NCBI RefSeq assembly: GCF_009914755.1
Contig: NC_060941.1
Length of the DNA: 64,000 bases
Origin: the human T2T-CHM13v2.0 reference genome, Homo sapiens
Reading direction: 5' to 3' (one strand)
A program made the translations under genes and the position numbers. Below the pieces are notes generated by a model. That model was not told the DNA's origin. It searched no databases and saw nothing but the letters and a program-made list of their open reading frames with translations. Below, piece after piece: positions 57,899-64,000 of this stretch. Numbering within the stretch: the stretch's first letter is position 1; every line of letters begins with the position of its first letter.

Positions 57899-59149
57899 GT
57901 AAATATAATAAATATATATTAATAAATATGTAAATATATGTATGCAAGTTAACAAATGAACCAGTTGGTATGTAAGTATGTATATAAAGGACCATAGCAG
58001 TTACATTGGAAATTAAGACTTTCATTAAATTTTGCATGTGTATATTTTCAGTTTCACAAGTATAAAGATTTTATAAAATTTAAGCAATGTAAGGTCACAC
58101 AATAAACATTTAAGTCTTTATTTATCTCTGACCCTTTCAACTCGACATCCATTTTCTAGGTTACACATTTTGGAAATGTTTGGATTGTTTGCAACAACCA
58201 TTTTACTCTTTTTTTCTGATTTTTTCTAATCAGAAAAATAAATATTAAAAATAATATATAAGCCAAGAAATATAAGTTTTCTATCAGAATTAGAAACTAT
58301 GGAAGAGTTCTATCCATATGTAGAAATTCAAAAGTATTTCTGCTCTCTATATTATGAATAAGACCAAGCCAAGGAAAGATTTGGCCAACTGGCGATTCAC
58401 CACATATGAAGAAAAAACTCTCCTGGGAAGTAAGGGGGGAAAAAAAAAACACTGGACAAGTTCTCCTTAACATTTCCCAAGAGCAGTGGCTGGTAGTGAG
58501 GGCTCTGGGGGAGGCAGACAGTGAGTGATGACCAGTGACCTAGGAAATGGACCTGACATTGGGATTCATACATCCTGCTGGGTGGATTTTCTCCTGCCAT
58601 TTAGTTCTGCCAGCTCTCCTGGACAAAACGGCCAGTTAGAGACAAAGTAGCCACCCAGGTGAAAGTGGGGTAGAAACGATTTTTAATGTGTGTGTTGATC
58701 GTGAGCGTTTCTTCTGTGAATTTTCTGGAGATAATTGAATCTCCCTATTGCAGTTAGCTTGGACATTGGCATCTTTCATATTTGGGCTACATATTCACCC
58801 CTGGAAAGCTGCTGAAGCTCTGACCTAGTTGAAGAAAACAGAAATCAAACTAGAGGCTTCACTTCCCTCTTCATTCAGACCTGAAAAACTCATATGGGGC
58901 CTATATGATCCATGAGAGAACCCATCTCAGCTTCCAACATTGGACAAGCATAGACTTCTCTCCCCAAATCTGAACATTTGGGACATAGGAAGCAACTGAA
59001 ATGGGGACAAATCTAAAACATCTGATCAAATTCCCCCTTGATAGAACCTCTCATTTATCAAAAGGTTGTAACACTTCTGAAAGTAAAACAAGTCATCTGG
59101 ATGTAGGGATGACCTCATGAGGTGCTCATTCAATATTCCATGTGCTCCC

Positions 59150-59445
59150 CAGGTTGGAGCTCAGGACTAGCTCTGGCCAGCCAGCTGAAGTCATGTGCTG
59201 CAGGACTGAAGAAGCAGCAGAAAGTCTCTGGATTCTCATTTTATCCTCTACAGCCACCATAGAAGTCACACGTTAAGATAGTAGAAATACAAAATAGAAG
59301 CAATCTTAGATCTCTCGATCTTTGCTATGAAGGGAATCACCCTGAAAGATCTGAATACACCAGACTTCACTTGTGCAAGAAGTAAAACTTAAGCCACTAA
59401 ATGTTGAAGTTTGTATAACTGCAGCATGGCTTAGCTATAACAGTA
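59150..59445 (+). mobile_element. MLT1J-like LTR fragment
   Basis: agaagtcacacgttaagatag...ttaagccactaaatgtt...actgcagcat. Confidence 0.55.
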
Positions 59446-59870
59446 AAACTGATCTGAGATTATTTATATATTTTATAGCATATATTTATCAAAATAGAGA
59501 AAATACCAGAAGAAGTAATAGAGAATGAATTAAAGAAAATTCTTTTAAGTTCAGAGGATTCACTAATTCCCAGGTAGAAGCAACAGACCCTAATTCAGCC
59601 ACATTCTCATTCAAATATTTTTCTAATTCCAAAGATAAAACAAATAATGATTGTGTGTGTGTATTGAGGAGATACAACAGCAATAAAATTCAAATAAAAT
59701 CAGATTGCCTAAAAGAGGAAAAAATTGGCTTGATGTGAAAGCTCTCTTTTATAATGCTGAATGGAATAATGTCCCATATTTTGAGAAGAAGAAAATATGA
59801 CAGAACTTTATAATCAGTCAAACTATAATTTGTAGGAGAACAACAGAAATACAGTCTTGGACATATAACA

Positions 59871-60205
59871 CGTTAAAGAAAAAGCTTTAAACAAAATAAA
59901 TTTGTTAACAGACTTTCTTTGAGCAAAGAAAGATTGATGAATGGGCATCACTCAGAACTGGAAGAGGTTCCAAGAGCTCTGCTGCAATAGCATAAGCAGT
60001 GAGCTTTTACAGGTTGATGTGGAAGTAAGAGAAAGAAAGCCTATTTGATTGGTTAAAGTGAAAAGACCCTAGTTAAGAGGCTAGTTGCTGTTTTCTGATT
60101 GGTAAAGTCCCGTGTTTCATTTTACTATTTACATTGAGCTTCAGTTTGCTTACTTAAAGCACTGGAGCTACCCAGCCTAATGACCTCCTAAATTAAAAAT
60201 AATAA
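59871..60205 (-). mobile_element. MER93-like ERV1 solo LTR
   Basis: Reverse complement reads ggaggtcattaggctg...taagcaaactgaa...accaatcagaaa...ttaaccaatcaaata, as in the MER93/MER57 group. Confidence 0.7.
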
Positions 60206-60977
60206 TAATAATGAATAGAACATACAACACATAGTTCTTACCATTCCTGAAAACTTCATTCCATATGTAAGAATGCTAAAGTTCAAATACGATACCCATT
60301 CATTTAATGTATAATAACCATTGTATGTATGGAAATTAATCCTCTCCATTACTATAACCCCAGAGCCTGCCTCAATACTTGGCTCATATTAAATTCTTAA
60401 TAGATATTTGCTTAATCAAATGTTAAAATTATTGAGAAATATACTGAACTAAGAAATTAACAGATAAAACAGGATACAAAAGAAGTGATGGTGAGCAATA
60501 AAATAGGTGAAATAATTAAATCTTTGAAAGGAGGTGTAACATAATTATAAAACTGAATGTATCTGGGATTTGTGTAGTATGGATTTTATTTGAAAATTTT
60601 CTTGATCAGAATATTCCAGAATTATTTATTGAAACTAGGAAGTGATAGGATAATGAGTGAGAGGTAATCAGTAAGGTATTTTACATCTCATCTTTTATAA
60701 GGTGAAGTAAGTAGTTACCGTCTCTGTCTTTATATTGGTATGTAGGAGGAAATTGATTTTGTTATGAATAACAATAAAATAAAATCATAAGGTAAAATTT
60801 TAAGACCACTAAAGAAACATGATCAAGTAAATTTGGTCCTTATAACAAAACCAGGGGAAGCTACTTCAAGAAAACATGAATAAATAAATGAATAAGTAAG
60901 TAAATAAAACCAAATTCAAAACAAGATGAATGAGGACCTAAAAATTTGTTGTAGCAAATGAGAATGAATTAAATACT

Positions 60978-61206
60978 TTTTAAAATACAGCTTTATTGAT
61001 GTATAATCTACATAACATAAAAATACAATTCAAAGATTTTTTAAAAATTTACAGAGTTATGTAATTTTAGGACATTTGCATCATTCACACAAGACTTGTC
61101 ATGCCCATTCCAGTTACTCACTACCCATTCCCATCCCAGCCCCAGGCAACAAAGAGTCTACTTTCTCTCTATATGTATTTGCCTTTTCTGAACATTTTAG
61201 TTAAAT
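60978..61206 (-). mobile_element. L1MB 3' terminal fragment
   Basis: acagctttattgatgtataat...cccagccccaggcaac...ttgccttttctgaacattt. Confidence 0.75.
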
Positions 61207-61889
61207 TCTTTAATAAGATAATCTGATTTTTCTAAAAAAGAAACATGGCTCTAGTTGAAAATAAAGGTGCCATGATACCAGGAAAATGTAAACTGAAAAG
61301 AAATCAGATGTAGACAAACAGCGCAAAACATGGAATTCAAGACCATTGAATGGTTTAGGAGTGAAATATGATGCAGTTCCCACTTGAAGCAAATACTCTT
61401 GAAGATTTAGACATTTTTTTCTTCATGGATAAAAAGATACAGGGAAATAATATGGATTTCATGTTTCGTTTCTCTGTCATGTCATGTTCAATTCATATGT
61501 GATACTTGGAACTGTGAACAGCTATATTAAGAATACGAGGGGGATTTTAGTAAAGAAGGCAAAATGAAGAAAACAGAGAATCTGAATCTGTGGTTAATTG
61601 TTACATTATTGAATTAATCTTGGAGCCAAGGTACTTATTTAAAGGTATATTTTCAATATTATTTCATCCATTTGAGTCAAGATTTTCTGATAGGTACAAT
61701 CAAAATAATCCCAACTAAAGTATGAACTTAAGCAAAATACTCTTTCCTATTATTTGCTTGGATTCTGTATATTTCTTTTTTCTGTGTTTGCATGGCTGAC
61801 CAACTTTTCTTATGGTCATGTTCTGTCTATAAATATGTTATGCAATATTTCCCTGCTGGAGCACCACTGAACATGCGGTGCCAGCTCTC

Positions 61890-62120
61890 CGTCCCATTAC
61901 CAGCACTATAGACGCCACCCCAGGAGCATCTTCTGACCATTGACCCTCACAATAGTAACCACCACCTGATGTCTTGCACCGTAGAATAGTTTTGTCTGCT
62001 TTTGAAATGTGTATAAGTTAGATAATAAGTGTGTATGCTTTTCTGTTCATCTTATTTCTGTCAACATTAGCTTTGTGAGATTCATCCACACTATTGTATG
62101 CAGTTGAAGTTAATTTGTTT
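61890..62120 (-). mobile_element. L1ME 3' fragment
   Basis: tagttttgtctgcttttgaa...tttgtgagattcatcca. Confidence 0.55.
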
Positions 62121-62519
62121 TTGGGCAGGAGCTCATGAAGAGATCAAACATTATTTGAAGAGCACTGACTTGTCATTTTCGCAAGAGCGTCCTTTGTTCT
62201 GGCAGCATGTCTGAGAGCAAGCAGTCCTTTTTGCATTTGTGTAATTTATACCTCCTTAACAAAATATATATTTTTTGATTATAGTGGGCTTTGAAGGTAT
62301 GCAAGAGAAAGAGATTAACTACAGCTTCTCTTAGAAGGAAGTCCTAAATTGAGTTTCACATTTTTGCTCCTCTTCCACAACCCCTCTCTTCTACTATACC
62401 TCTCTTTTTATATGCCCTCCCCCACCATACACACACATTGTGGAAAGGAAGTTCAATAGGTTTGCCATTTCCTCTGGGAGCCCACAAAATAAGAAAGATG
62501 AAAGCAGATTAGGGAGGTA

Positions 62520-64000
62520 CATCAGGGAAGATGGCAAAGTAGGGTGCTCAAAGAATGGTCCCTCCACTGAAATGGCCATAGTTGGCAAAAAAAAAAATGA
62601 CAGAAGCAACTTCTTTTAGAATTCTGGATTCTAATAAAAGAATCGCAACAACCAGGAGAGTCCTTGGCAAAATACAAAAAAATAAAAAAGTAAGTGAATT
62701 TTAACGAAGAGTACTGTGGCATTGTTGCTTGCCTGCCTACCATTCTTAGTTCCCTAGTACTGTGGCAGCAGTCATGATGATTACAACTCACATTCCTGGT
62801 ATGTCTTGCTGGTGTGAAGAAGATAATATTGACCTACTCTTTAAATTTCAGTGGTTATGCACTTTTACCTGTTTGGCAGTCCTGTTTTGACACACTTCCT
62901 CAGGCTGGATCTGGCTTTTGGGAGGCATCAGCAATGGTCTCTGCAGAAAGATTTAAAACATACACTACCAATGCCCACCTGGATCAATGGATGACAAAGC
63001 AAGCAGCAGGCAAATGCAAGAGCACAGGAAAGAGAAGGCTAGTGAGGGAGGTTCTTGAGCGAACACAGGTTTAGAAAAGCCTTTGAATGTACTGAGGAAG
63101 ATAGAGCACATCATGTAAGGCCAGGACTGGATTCATACTCAGATAAAATCTGAGAAGATCTTGACTTGCACTTCTGACAAATTATGAGCTTCCTGCAAGC
63201 AGGAGGTGAAGGGTAAGGTAGAGTTGTAGGAAGCCTGACTTAACAGTGAAGGAGTGCCTCAGCTAAGAGTCAAAATATAAAGATTGAGAGAGGAATAACT
63301 TTTTTTTTCTTTTTGGCTCTAGATAATCAAATTTCTATAAAGTCATTTGTTGATTGCTGGGATAATTTAACAGCGACCTCAGTGAACACATGTGACAAGA
63401 ATTACAGTCTTCAGAAAAAATGGTTTGAAAAACATGACCAAACAGATGGCCATAGCCCTTAACAATCAACATCAGAAAACCATAGGGAAAATGGGTAATT
63501 TGAATCACAGGGTCACTAAATTATAATATTAAACATTTCCATTTTTCAACAAAAACAAATTACAAGGCACACAAAGAAGCAAGAAAATACGGTCCATTCA
63601 GATGAAAAACCAAATTGATAGGTGCTTTCCCTGAGGAAGCCCAGACATTGAACTTATTAGACAAAGACTCATTGATCAAATTGTCTTAAATATATTCAAA
63701 GTACTACAGGAAAGCATGGACAAACAAATAAAACCAGGAAAATGATGTATTAAAAAATACAGAGTATCCATAGATAAAGAAGAAAGATAAATAAAGGTAA
63801 ATAAGGATTATGAAGAGATAGAGTATAAGAATGAATCTGTAACTGAAAGTCACAGTAACTAAAATGAAAAATTCACTAGAAGGGTTTTATAGCAGATTTG
63901 AGAAAACAGGAGAAAGAATGCAAAAACTAGGAAAAAAAGACAACTGGATTTATTCGTGTTCAAAAGCAGAAAGAAAAACTAATTTAAAAAATGAACAGAA
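62520..64000 (+). mobile_element. Old L1M (L1MC/L1MD-class) 5'UTR and ORF1 start, running off the window
   Basis: Starts aagatggcaaagtagg; ccctgaggaagcccagacattgaacttattagacaaagact is ORF1-like, followed by A-rich coiled-coil-type sequence. Confidence 0.7.

Overview
Primate (human-like) genomic DNA: AT-rich, CpG-depleted, no CpG island, and mostly decayed transposable elements. I find no protein-coding gene, RNA gene or CRISPR array; the ORF track is explained by L1/HAL1/Alu/MaLR remnants or by chance ORFs. Contents: eight Alus (J, S and Y types, most with visible TSDs), a 5'-inverted (twin-primed) L1PA7, a 3'-deleted L1P4/L1PB-class element interrupted by a two-LTR THE1C provirus, MSTA/MSTB/MLT1/MER93 LTRs, Tigger2a, HAL1, L2/MIR and old L1M fragments. 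The 25.5-47.3 kb block is almost entirely nested TEs. I could not place the locus, and I see no evidence of a new biological system. The best leads are mechanistic scars and candidate regulatory sites: a tiny inverted, internally deleted, 3'-truncated L1 inside an MSTA LTR; a 34-bp hairpin tandem repeat with a compensated base pair; several fold-back palindromes; a 52-bp dispersed duplication; a two-part CTCF motif in an L1 5'UTR; and speculative + strand lncRNA exons. All subfamily calls were made by eye from remembered consensus sequences and need RepeatMasker/Dfam confirmation. Boundaries of old elements are approximate.
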